Source: an uncultured Deferribacteres bacterium (GTDB lineage: Bacteria > Zhuqueibacterota > Zhuqueibacteria > Zhuqueibacterales > Geothermadaptataceae). From it: a stretch of DNA of 39,965 nt. The notes below the pieces were generated by a model. That model saw only the letters and a list, made by a program, of their open reading frames with translations. It did no database searches and was not told where the DNA came from. Position 1 is the stretch's first letter. Each line of letters begins with the position of its first letter. Below, piece after piece: positions 17,956 to 27,500 of this stretch. The position numbers and the translations under genes are program-made. The stretch lies in the NCBI GenBank assembly GCA_964014485.1, contig CAXHAT010000059.1, forward strand, positions 1 to 39,965, given 5' to 3'.

Positions 17956-18475
17956 TGACAGCAGCCTCCCGTTTATTTTCTTCAGTATGCAAGAGCGCCC
18001 GAATATGGCTCAGGATTTCTTTTTCCTTGAACCGCCCCGCCTTGCCGCAACACGGCGTTTTGTGCGGCGCGATCTTGACGTAGGCGATCACGAGCTGAAG
18101 CAGGTCGGTGTGCGGCTCGCCGCACTTTCCGCAGGTCAGCGTCAATTTCGGCAGATCGACTTCAATGAGATCGATAGGGCGATCCGAGAACTTTATCGGA
18201 GACCAATAAGGATCCAACTCGATCTCAATATTGTCGCTGCGTTTGTTTTTGAGCTTGGAAAAGGAAAAGAGTTGCCATTCGGCTTCGTTGATCGGATCAT
18301 GATAGTCAACAAAGCCGTAAAACGTATCTTTTCCGTCAAACCCGGCAACATACCAGTCAACGCCTGCCCGCGTGAAATGCAGATAGAGAATCCGCTCGTC
18401 GACCGGCGTATCCCTGACCGCATCAAGCGGGGGGATTTGTGCGAGTTCTTCTTTAAACGGCGATTCCTGCATCAC
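17939..18475 (-). CDS. DUF2958-like domain fused to a C-terminal Zn ribbon
   Basis: HFTRAGVDWYVAGFDG..FYGFV..AEWQLFSFSKL..IELDPYW, then CGKC and PCC. Confidence 0.75.
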   Translation of the reverse strand: MMQESPFKEELAQIPPLDAVRDTPVDERILYLHFTRAGVDWYVAGFDGKDTFYGFVDYHDPINEAEWQLFSFSKLKNKRSDNIEIELDPYWSPIKFSDRPIDLIEVDLPKLTLTCGKCGEPHTDLLQLVIAYVKIAPHKTPCCGKAGRFKEKEILSHIRALLHTEENKREAAVNDEVH

Positions 18476-18897
18476 GCCCTCCTTTCATCTGCGGAAACGT
18501 TCTGCAGAAACGCCGGCGTTTCCAATGTGGCAAAAACGTCTTCCGCAATCGTCTTGCCAAGAAACCCGCATCCGGAACAATTGAGATTGAATGCGAAGCG
18601 CCAGGTCACGACGCTTTTTGATCCTTCGAATGATTCATGCCGTTGATAAGAATCGTTGAGGTCAAGGTCAGCGTCGCAGTTTGGGCATTTCCGGATTTGC
18701 GCGGCTTCCGGCGGATCATAGAGCACGAGCATGTGGCCGCGTCCCAAGCCGACGCCGGCGCCGAGTTTTTGGAAGTGCAGCGGGCACATTTTAACCCATA
18801 TGTCCGAGACGGTTTTGGCGTCGAAACGTGCGTCTGCGCCGCAAATATCACATGACGGCAGAACGGCAACTTTAGAATAGCTGTTTGGGGGAAGCAT
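18472..18897 (-). CDS. Double Zn-finger protein of phage/plasmid type
   Basis: AAGGAGGAG RBS; CDIC..FDAKT..WVKMCPLH..GVGLGRG, then CPNC and CSGC. Confidence 0.75.
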   Translation of the reverse strand: MLPPNSYSKVAVLPSCDICGADARFDAKTVSDIWVKMCPLHFQKLGAGVGLGRGHMLVLYDPPEAAQIRKCPNCDADLDLNDSYQRHESFEGSKSVVTWRFAFNLNCSGCGFLGKTIAEDVFATLETPAFLQNVSADERRA

Positions 18898-19216
18898 TGC
18901 GATCTCCTCCTTTGGTTATTAAGGAACGGTTTTGTTTTGGGTGAACGTCACCGCTCTGAGTGTATCGCAATGCGGAAAGGCGGGCAATCCCCCGAAAAAC
19001 GGTGCATGAACGCGCTGAGAATCGCTCAGAAAGCGAATCCCTGAGCCTGCAGTCGAATATTCAATTCTCCTGCCGCTCAATCCTCTGTTTTTGTATTGAA
19101 TCAAAACGCAACGGACTCGGCTTTCTGCGAGCTCGTCACACCCCGCTCTCCGGCCGTGTTACAATGAACCCAAAACCCTTCGTTCATTGTCATTTCACAA
19201 AAGGAGATTTTCAAAA

Positions 19217-19723
19217 ATGAATATGGAGATCAACGCCGCTTACGAGTGTCCGGAATGTGGCAACACGGAAAGCTTCAAAAAGCTGGTGTGGGAACAACGG
19301 CTTTATCCCGCTGACAACATCGGCGAGCCGACCGGCTTATCGGAACCGGTTGAACAGACTGAGACGGTCGTCGAGATTTCGTGCGCTGGATGCGGGTACG
19401 TTCTGATCCAAAACGAGATCAGCATGCACGAAGTTTATGACGACCGAGAAACCGAGGATTCAGAGCGCACGGCAAAAGCGTTGCTTGGTCAATTGGTGGA
19501 AAACGTCCATCGGAGCGGGCTGTGGCCGGTCGTCATCGGGCTGCTGAAGCATTTGTTGTTACATGACGGCGTGAAGCGGCGAGATTATCATTACGGCGTT
19601 TTCGCGGTCGCGGACACCCTCTGCGACGCTTATGAAAAGCAGGAATCTAAGGCCAATCACATCCCGAACATCGATATTCAGACGCTAACGCGCTTACGCA
19701 AGCGCAACATGGGATTTCTCTAA
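19217..19723 (+). CDS. Zn-ribbon hypothetical protein
   Basis: AAGGAG RBS; YECPECGNTESF and SCAGCG. Confidence 0.7.
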   Translation: MNMEINAAYECPECGNTESFKKLVWEQRLYPADNIGEPTGLSEPVEQTETVVEISCAGCGYVLIQNEISMHEVYDDRETEDSERTAKALLGQLVENVHRSGLWPVVIGLLKHLLLHDGVKRRDYHYGVFAVADTLCDAYEKQESKANHIPNIDIQTLTRLRKRNMGFL

Positions 19724-19877
19724 ATCACGGCAAAATTGTTCGTCGAGCGGAAAGCGCTGCAACCAGGCTTTCCGCTTTTATTTTACAGCGCTGACAATAG
19801 AACAGAGCTTGGCTTTCCCCTAGAAGATTGTGAAAAAGCGCTCGAGGATAATAATGCTCGTTGCCTCCGCATCCTAA

Positions 19878-20534
19878 TTACTCACCCATATCGATGATTT
19901 CATTGCGTATCGCGAATTTAACCAGTTCTGCAAGGTTGGAAATATTGAGCTTCGACATCAGCCGACGTTTGTGTGCGTCAACGGTTTTTGAAGAAATATG
20001 CAATTGCGCTCCAATCTCCTTTGAGTTGTCCCCAAGTGCGAGAAAACGCAAAACTTCCAATTCTCTAGCGCTTAAATTAAATTGGCGTGACTGAACCGGA
20101 TGTCGTATGTAGTTAACATAATCGATCATCATTATTTTTGAAACCTCCGGAGTAAAGTAAACGCCGTCACGCATAACCGTTTGAATGGCTTCTATAAGTT
20201 CATCTGTGGTGCATGTCTTTAACAAATACCCTTGCGCCCCGGCGTGTATTATATTTCTTACATATTCGACTTTTCCATTTTCTGAAAGAACTATAATTTT
20301 GACACGTCCGCTTGTTGCAATTTGTCTTATCACACTGGTAATGTCGTTTGTAAAGCGCGTCAATGCCACACCCATGATTATTACGTCTGGCGATAGTTGG
20401 TTGGTCAATTTGGCAACATCAGCAATTGTGTTAGTGTCACCAACAACATCAATTTCTTGATATTTTTCTAATAGAGCACGAATGGCCTCAAGAATAAGAT
20501 TAGAATCATCTACAAGAAGTATTTTAGCTTTCAT
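19878..20534 (-). CDS. NarL/LuxR-family response regulator with atypical receiver
   Basis: ILLVDDS, GAQGYLLK, LSARELEVL..NSKEIGAQLHISSKTVDAHKRRLMSKL; the phosphoacceptor position reads PDVIIMG. Confidence 0.92.
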   Translation of the reverse strand: MKAKILLVDDSNLILEAIRALLEKYQEIDVVGDTNTIADVAKLTNQLSPDVIIMGVALTRFTNDITSVIRQIATSGRVKIIVLSENGKVEYVRNIIHAGAQGYLLKTCTTDELIEAIQTVMRDGVYFTPEVSKIMMIDYVNYIRHPVQSRQFNLSARELEVLRFLALGDNSKEIGAQLHISSKTVDAHKRRLMSKLNISNLAELVKFAIRNEIIDMGE

Positions 20535-20801
20535 TTGGTTTGGTAGTGTAATAGAATGTTTTTAAATAATTAGCCAAATGCCTTAATGCTAATAAGCATT
20601 TTACTTATCAAAAACGCCTATTACGCATTGTAATTATTCTGACGACAGCTTATTGTACTATCGAAGTATTTGACGGAATCGGGGAACTGGGGAAAAATAT
20701 CGCGAAGAAACCGCAGATTTTTTTCCGCAAGCGCATCTTTGATTCCGATACCGTGAGCAGTACAACAAACAGGAAAACCCAGCTTGGACGAACTGCTTGC
20801 T

Positions 20802-21119
20802 TCAAAGCATCTCCTTACTCCTTGATTTTTTTAGGAATTTTGATTGTTCCTTCTCGCTCGATAAACGTTTTCCGCTTTCGAGCTTGCAAGAGATGATGCC
20901 TATTGAAAGTGTTGTTTGCTTGCGCTTCTTAATGGATAACCAGAACAGGTAGGCGTAAATTAGATGCTTTAAGGCGAGGAAACAGCATATCACGATTATA
21001 TGATACAACGGAATTTCGGATAAATTGATCGCGGGCATAACAAGGCCCTGGTCGATTTGTTCGTTATCATAAATGGATGTGGAAAGAGAGATCGGCCAAA
21101 ATTTCGCTTTCTGCATCAT
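20802..21119 (-). CDS. Hypothetical single-pass membrane protein
   Basis: Hydrophobic stretch followed by KKRK; start uncertain. Confidence 0.4.
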   Translation of the reverse strand: MMQKAKFWPISLSTSIYDNEQIDQGLVMPAINLSEIPLYHIIVICCFLALKHLIYAYLFWLSIKKRKQTTLSIGIISCKLESGKRLSSEKEQSKFLKKSRSKEML

Positions 21120-21125
21120 ATTGAT

Positions 21126-21160
21126 TTAAAAGGCCCGCATGTGACATGCGGGCCTTTTAA
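21126..21160. terminator. Perfect 17-bp-arm hairpin, probable bidirectional terminator
   Basis: TTAAAAGGCCCGCATGT-G-ACATGCGGGCCTTTTAA. Confidence 0.65.
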
Positions 21161-21373
21161 TTTACAGACACCACAATCAAAAGTCAATTGAAAAACAAGG
21201 GTGTCGTCTTGAATTAATGTTGGCGGTTATCTGTATATCCAACATTTTCAAAACCAACAACCCGAAACAGCTTTTGTTGTAACCGCAATATTTTTTCTCA
21301 CCACCTTCGTCAAACATCCCAAACCAAAGAGAGTCTGTGAAAAAGCGGTCCGGGGAAAAGATATTGAATCGAT

Positions 21374-21413
21374 TATTTTACTATTGATAACGTATTTTAT
21401 CAATAGTAAAATA
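21374..21413. promoter_or_regulatory. Tyrosine-recombinase core site overlapping the recombinase promoter
   Basis: TATTTTACTATTGATAA-CGTATT-TTATCAATAGTAAAATA (17-6-17); contains TTGATA-17-TAAAAT. Confidence 0.75.
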
Positions 21414-21418
21414 GAGGC

Positions 21419-22423
21419 ATGAGCAATCCCCAAAAATTATCCGTCAAGTCCGGCGCGAACGGCTTGTTGTCGCGCGCCGACTTTCAGCAGCTCGCGCAAG
21501 TCCCGCCCGAGGTCGAGTGGTTCGCCAACATCGACAATCCCCGCACCCGCCGCGCCTACCAGATTGATATTAAGGATTTCATGAGCTTCGTTGGTATTGG
21601 ATCGCCGGAGGAATTCCGCCTCGTCACCCGCGCCCACGTCATCGCCTGGCGCTCGGCGCTCGAGCGCCGCGTCGTGGCGCGCAAGGGTTTGCCGGATCAG
21701 CCCTTGTCCGGAGCGACCATTCGGCGCAAGCTCGCCGCGCTCTCTTCCCTGTTTGAATATCTCTGTGACAACAACGCCGTCAGCCATAATCCGGTCAAGG
21801 GGGTGAAGCGGCCGGCGGTGGAGAGTTATGAGGGCAAGACGCCGGCCATTGGCGATCACCAGGCGCGCCGTCTGCTCGATGCGCCGGATTCTCAGACGTT
21901 AAAAGGAAAACGCGACCAGGCGATTTTGTCGGTGTTTTTGTATCACGGCTTGCGCCGCGAGGAGTTGTGCGCGCTGAAAGTACGCGACTTAACCCAGCGG
22001 CGCGGGGTGCCGCATGTGCGCGTGCATGGCAAGGGGCGCAAGATTCGTTACTTGCCCTTGCATCCGGGGACGCTGACCTTGATCACGGATTATCTTGAGG
22101 CGTTGGGTCACGACGATCAACCGGCGTCGGCGCTGTTTCAGCCGCTGAGAAATAACGTTAACGGTAGACTGGACGGGAAGATGACGACGGACGGGGTGTA
22201 TAAAATGGTGATGAAGTATGGCGAGCTGGTCGGCTTGCACGAGATCGACGGCTTTGGCGTGCATTCGCTCCGTGCGACCGCCGCGACCAATGCGCTTGAT
22301 CATGAGGCGGATATTTCAAAAGTGCAGGAATGGCTTGGACACGCCAACATTGCCACGACGCGCTTGTATGATCGCAGGAAATCGCGGCCGGAGGACAGTC
22401 CGACGTTTAAGGTGAACTACTAG
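21419..22423 (+). CDS. Tyrosine recombinase (XerC/D-like), probable plasmid resolvase
   Basis: Catalytic set intact: GLRREE, HGKG, HSLR, LGH, RLYDRR. Confidence 0.95.
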   Translation: MSNPQKLSVKSGANGLLSRADFQQLAQVPPEVEWFANIDNPRTRRAYQIDIKDFMSFVGIGSPEEFRLVTRAHVIAWRSALERRVVARKGLPDQPLSGATIRRKLAALSSLFEYLCDNNAVSHNPVKGVKRPAVESYEGKTPAIGDHQARRLLDAPDSQTLKGKRDQAILSVFLYHGLRREELCALKVRDLTQRRGVPHVRVHGKGRKIRYLPLHPGTLTLITDYLEALGHDDQPASALFQPLRNNVNGRLDGKMTTDGVYKMVMKYGELVGLHEIDGFGVHSLRATAATNALDHEADISKVQEWLGHANIATTRLYDRRKSRPEDSPTFKVNY

Positions 22424-23147
22424 GCTCTTCTTGTTCGGCTGAATACAATGAAATAATGGGCAAAAAAAAAGCAGAACCATGGAACCATAGCCTGCTTTTT
22501 TGAAAAATTCGAATTTGAAAAGCTACACGTAATTACATCTCTCCCCTTCCTTAGCCGCCATGCAAATTTCCTTGGGCATATAACAAGCAAGTTAACATCA
22601 TCAAAAAAGCAAACAAGTTCAGCGAGTAAATGAAATTGAGTGCAGGGAAAGATGTGGTAGCTTCTCTCTCTGGATGGCAAAAGTCAATATCAGACAACGT
22701 CTTTGTCACTTCAGCCCAATCACAATCAACTGCATGCTGAAGAAACTCATACAACGCCTCATCGCATTTTGGCGACGAGTAATGCCAATCAGTAAAACTT
22801 GTACGCATTTAAACGAACGTCCTCTTTGTTACAAAGAATGCTCTTTTGACAATATTGCTTGATTTTTTGCTTTCAGGCTTTCGTGTTCTTAAACACTGTG
22901 ATTCCGGAAAGGCTATTTGATCGTAGGCGCCCCCATGACCGAAATTGTTATTACTGATCACTACAGTTTAACTTCAGAAATCATGGAGTGCCCCGCCGTC
23001 TAAAACCGCCACCTCACATCGAGTTCCTCGCCGATCAAAACTTTTGCGCATTGATCAAACTTCTTCAAGAAAACAATCCAACAAATAGTAATCTTAGGAT
23101 TCTAAACAGCGTTCAATCGGTATTACTTCTTGACCCCGGTTTTATTA

Positions 23148-23483
23148 TCAAATTAATTCGAATAATTGTTCGACGACAAAAGGAAACGGAATGTATTTGA
23201 GAATTTTCAGTAAGCTTTCAAGAAATTTTTCGCGCTCTTCGGGAGTAAGAGTCGCCAGAAGAGCATCCAAGTCAGCATCTGTGATCGGAGAATCGTCAAG
23301 GATCATGACAATTTCATCTATTGAATTGCTGACTCCATTTGCATGAGAGCCTATCAACTCAAGCTTGCTTGCAAGCTTGGGATTGAATACCTCAAACATC
23401 TTTGCGCTGGAGCGCGCTCTCTTAGCCAAGCATGAATATTGAATGGCTAAAAGGTTCAATTTGTCAAATGTGGGTTTTGTCAT
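23148..23483 (-). CDS. Hypothetical helical protein (111 aa)
   Basis: AAGGAGGT RBS before ATG 23483. Confidence 0.7.
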   Translation of the reverse strand: MTKPTFDKLNLLAIQYSCLAKRARSSAKMFEVFNPKLASKLELIGSHANGVSNSIDEIVMILDDSPITDADLDALLATLTPEEREKFLESLLKILKYIPFPFVVEQLFELI

Positions 23484-23905
23484 AATTACCTCCTTGTGGG
23501 GAAGAGCAATCCGACAAAACGCCATCGCGAATTAAGTGGTTATTCCGGAGACAAGTAAAACGCCTACGATTCGTTCAGAATATAGCTATGGTCCATAATC
23601 TTTTCCTTTATCATGTTGATAGTTCTTTCAGAGTAGGTTGTTGACATTGTCGCAAACAGGGTCAGTGCAACTTCAACTTTATTTTCCGTGTTGGGCGGAT
23701 CATTCAGCTTCCACTGCAACTGTTTTTCGAAAGCAGAGCGACAATCAGCTTGTATCGAAGCACCAACGTTTTAGTTGCTCTTTCATAAAGAGAAACCTCT
23801 GTTTTGTTTAATGTGATTTTTGTCGCTTCCCCATTACGAATTCTGTTCGTGCATATCTCTAAGCATCACCTCCTTGCAAAAAGTATTTGTATAATAAAAG
23901 TGAGC

Positions 23906-24274
23906 TCATGCTAGAAGATCGTCAATAGATTTTTCTAACTTTTGAGCAGTGTTTTCTAAATCATCCGACATCTCCAAAATCAAAAACGCCAAAAACTTTA
24001 TCCTGAAGCGCTCTTCCGAATAATTGCTAATTAACTGAAGAAGCTCGCCTTTGAACTCCAAATCTTTATATTCCCTGAGAATAATTGCTGTGATTTTGGC
24101 CAAAGTATCAGCGCTTGGTACCACTCCTCCTTCTTTTGTAATTTTTGTTAGGTTGGATTTGTTTATTTTCAGCGCATCAGCAACTGCGTTTTTCTTGAGA
24201 TTGTGTTTTGCCAGCGTACTACGAATCAGCAAAGCTAAATCTCGTTGAAAGTCATTATAAATGTTGTGTACCAT
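23906..24274 (-). CDS. XRE/Cro-type HTH regulator
   Basis: LKKNAVADALKINKSNLTKITKEGGVVPSADTLAKI; ATG at 24274. Confidence 0.75.
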   Translation of the reverse strand: MVHNIYNDFQRDLALLIRSTLAKHNLKKNAVADALKINKSNLTKITKEGGVVPSADTLAKITAIILREYKDLEFKGELLQLISNYSEERFRIKFLAFLILEMSDDLENTAQKLEKSIDDLLA

Positions 24275-24282
24275 AAGTTTCC

Positions 24283-24313
24283 TACAAGAGTTGCCTTGAA
24301 GGCAACTCTTGTA
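24283..24313. promoter_or_regulatory. Perfect palindrome, candidate operator of the XRE regulator
   Basis: TACAAGAGTTGCCTT-G-AAGGCAACTCTTGTA, 8 nt from the ATG; an extra half-site ACAAGAGTT near 24337. Confidence 0.55.
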
Positions 24314-24510
24314 AAATAACCATTTTCCATCAAAACACAAGAGTTTTTCTTTTGAAGCTGGGTCGAAGGTATTTTAATCAGTAAAAAGCAAGACATCACA
24401 GGCAAGGCGTGTCTTAGGGTACAGAGTAAAATCGATTCATTAAACAAAAAAGCGCCTTTCTCTAACGAAAAAAGCGCTCTATGAATCATATTCGACAAAT
24501 GGCGCGTCCA

Positions 24511-27500
24511 TTATTTAAGAAATGCCATTTTGCGGATTGCTGAAAATGCGCCGGCGGTCAATCTATAGTGGTAAACGCCGCTTGGAAGAATCTCGCCTGA
24601 ATTATTTCGTCCATCAAAAATGATTGCGTGCTGTCCTGCTGGATAGTTCTGATTAACAATCAAAGCCCTCACCTTGCGGCCAACAATATCATATATTTCC
24701 AACGTCACATCTTCCTGTTTGGGCAGATCGAACCGAATCCTGGTTTCCGGATTGAATGGATTTGGATAGTTTTGATGCAAGGCGAAAACAGTGGGCAGGC
24801 TAACGACCTGCCGAGATTGATTTAAGCCCCTCTTTACAAATGCATTCTGATACGACTGTAAAATTTCTTCAGGCGAGCGCGCCACATTACTAATCTTGGT
24901 TGCGGCAATTGCTCCGCCAAGAGACGCCGACCCTGTGTTCTGATCTCGAGAGTGGCCGAGTATAAGCGGATTTGAACCCAAATCTGGGAAACTGCCGGGA
25001 AGCGTGCCGCTGAATGATAGCCCGATAGCATTTCCATTGATATAAAGCTTCAGCTTTTCTGAATTGGATGCCCCATCACCGTTGTATACCAACGCCAGAT
25101 GATACCATGCGTTGGTATCTCTTGCTTGCGCCGCGCTGTAGCCGTAAGCATTATTTATAAAAATATATAAAGGGTTATTTGCCCCCTGCCATTCCGCGCT
25201 AAAATCACCGTCCGAAAGGCGCCCGATGAACGCGTTGTTGTTTGGATTATCAAACTGCACCCACAACTCGAAAGTAAGCTGTGAGAGACCGTTCAATTCA
25301 GTATCAATATCCGTGCGCAAACGGCTATGATTGGCTTTTACAAATCCGTATGCGCCGTTGGGGTCGCCAGCATGACCGTCTGCGGATTCTACGCTTACTT
25401 CCGTCAAGAGGTCTCCAGAAACCATGTTTGTCCTTTTCTGAACAGAGCCGACAACACCCTCCATGTCCCAATAACCAATGGTAAATTGATCATACAGCTC
25501 CTCTTCCATTTCGAGGGCTATAGAGACCGCCTGTGAAGAATCCCCCGCAACAAAATTGATCACTGCTTCATGCGTTCCGCCGCCAAGGCCAGAGGTGTCA
25601 GCCGTTACGGTCACCATTTGATTAAAGCCGTAAACGCTACTCGAACTCACGTTCAGCCAAGACACAGAAGGAGTCACTGTGCAACTGTCTTGCGAACTCA
25701 CGGAAATTGTGCAGGAATTATTTTGAGGACTGAGAGAACAATTCGACGGAGAAACTATAAATGGAATCGTTCCATTTGCAGATGACGCGATCTCACTATC
25801 CGTTCGAGCAATATCGCTCACCCTCACCGGCCCGATCCTGCCGCCCATCGATGAACCGTGCGAGGAATCTTTATAATTCCCGAAAATCAATGGTTCTCCG
25901 GCACCGAGCGTGGTCAAATTCGTCGGGATCGTCCCCCAAAAAGTACATGTCGTTTGCTGTACGCCATCAAGGTACAGCTTGAGTCGGTCACTATTTGAAC
26001 TTCCTGCGCCATCGAACACGACAGCTATATGATACCACTGATTGTCTTGGAGCAACAAAGGATATTCTGCCCGATGGTTGCCCGGATCAGACGGAGAGCT
26101 GGCAATGAATACATAAAAAGTCCCGTTCTGATTCCACTCAATGGTCATTGAGGCGTTTGCGTCCCATCTTCCGAACAGTTGGTTCGTCTGCGTGTTGTCA
26201 AAGAAAAACCATCCTTCAAACGTAAACGCAGACAAACCGTCAATCTCAGTATCAAGGTCAGTGCGCAAACGGCTTTGGCCGCGTGTGAGTGAATATGAGC
26301 CGTCTGGCTCTGAACCAACGCCTTCATCAGATCCAACGCCAATTTCGGTCAAAAGACTTCCCGTGGACTGATTTTCGCGCTTCCCTGCTGAACCTAAAGC
26401 GCCAGACATATTCCAAAGCCCGATAGTGTATTGATCTAAAGTGTAGCCATAGACTGGAAATGTTGGCGGCGGAAGCGGGTCGGGATCGGGTCTTGGAGCG
26501 TTGACATAGCGCAAAATCACTTTGTCAACGAACACAGCATGCCCTGCGGTTTGACGCGTCACTTCATCGAGCAGAACTTCAAGAATATCAGAGTTTCCCT
26601 GGGTAATCTCTTTATAGAAATAACAGCTCATCAGGCTGGTATTAACCTCACGAGTCCCGAGCCCGCCGCCAAGCTTGACTTCAAGACGCGGCCAGTTCAA
26701 TCCTACAGCGCCGTCTGCTCTGGCTATCACTTCAATCTCCACTAAACCGGTATCAGGTATACCGATGTCCTGGAGTAAAAACCAATTTTGCGGATCAGCT
26801 TGGGTTGTCAACCACATCCCCTCATCTGGAACTAACGTACCGACACCGGCCATATCTTCGGCTTCTACGGTGTCTGGGTATGCAGGAGGACTCAGATCAA
26901 CACTTACAAAGGTCGTTTGACTAGAATCAATTGAAAAATTGATTGTTGTTGTTCCAAATCCTGTTTTTTCAATTGTAAATTGATAATTACCGACAGAGAG
27001 AGGTTCATCAAAAATAGACGTGAGTTGCCCAAGAGACGGCCAGGGGGTACCGCTTCGATATATTTGCGCTCCGGACGGTTCTGTGACAACGGTCAGCTTG
27101 CCAGTTCCTGCCGGCGTCGGAATATAGGGATCGAGAGTAACCGAAACCTCCATATCAGCGCTCCCAACATCATAAGTAAATGGTTTATCATAGTAACCAT
27201 TTGCTCTTGCAACCATCGCATAGGTGAATCCTTCATATCCAGAGATATCCAAAGGAGTTGTGCCCAGAAGGTTGCCGTTGTGCCAGATTTCAGCAGATTG
27301 CGCATTCAAACGAGAATTTTTGCTCCGCGCCTTGGCAAGGGATGTTGCAGTGCTAAAATTCGCCTGGATATTAACATTGCGTGGTAAGATTTGTATCCCA
27401 TCGTTGTTGTAGGCAAGAACGCTTACTCCATTCCAAACCAAATACCCTCTTTCAAAATCTTGTCTTCTATTATTAGCTGGGCCATATTCATCGTTAAGCG

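Noticed and set aside
21419..22423. Recombinase as an integron or prophage integrase
   Set aside because: No IntI-specific insertion, attC cassettes, phage structural genes or tRNA attachment site were seen.
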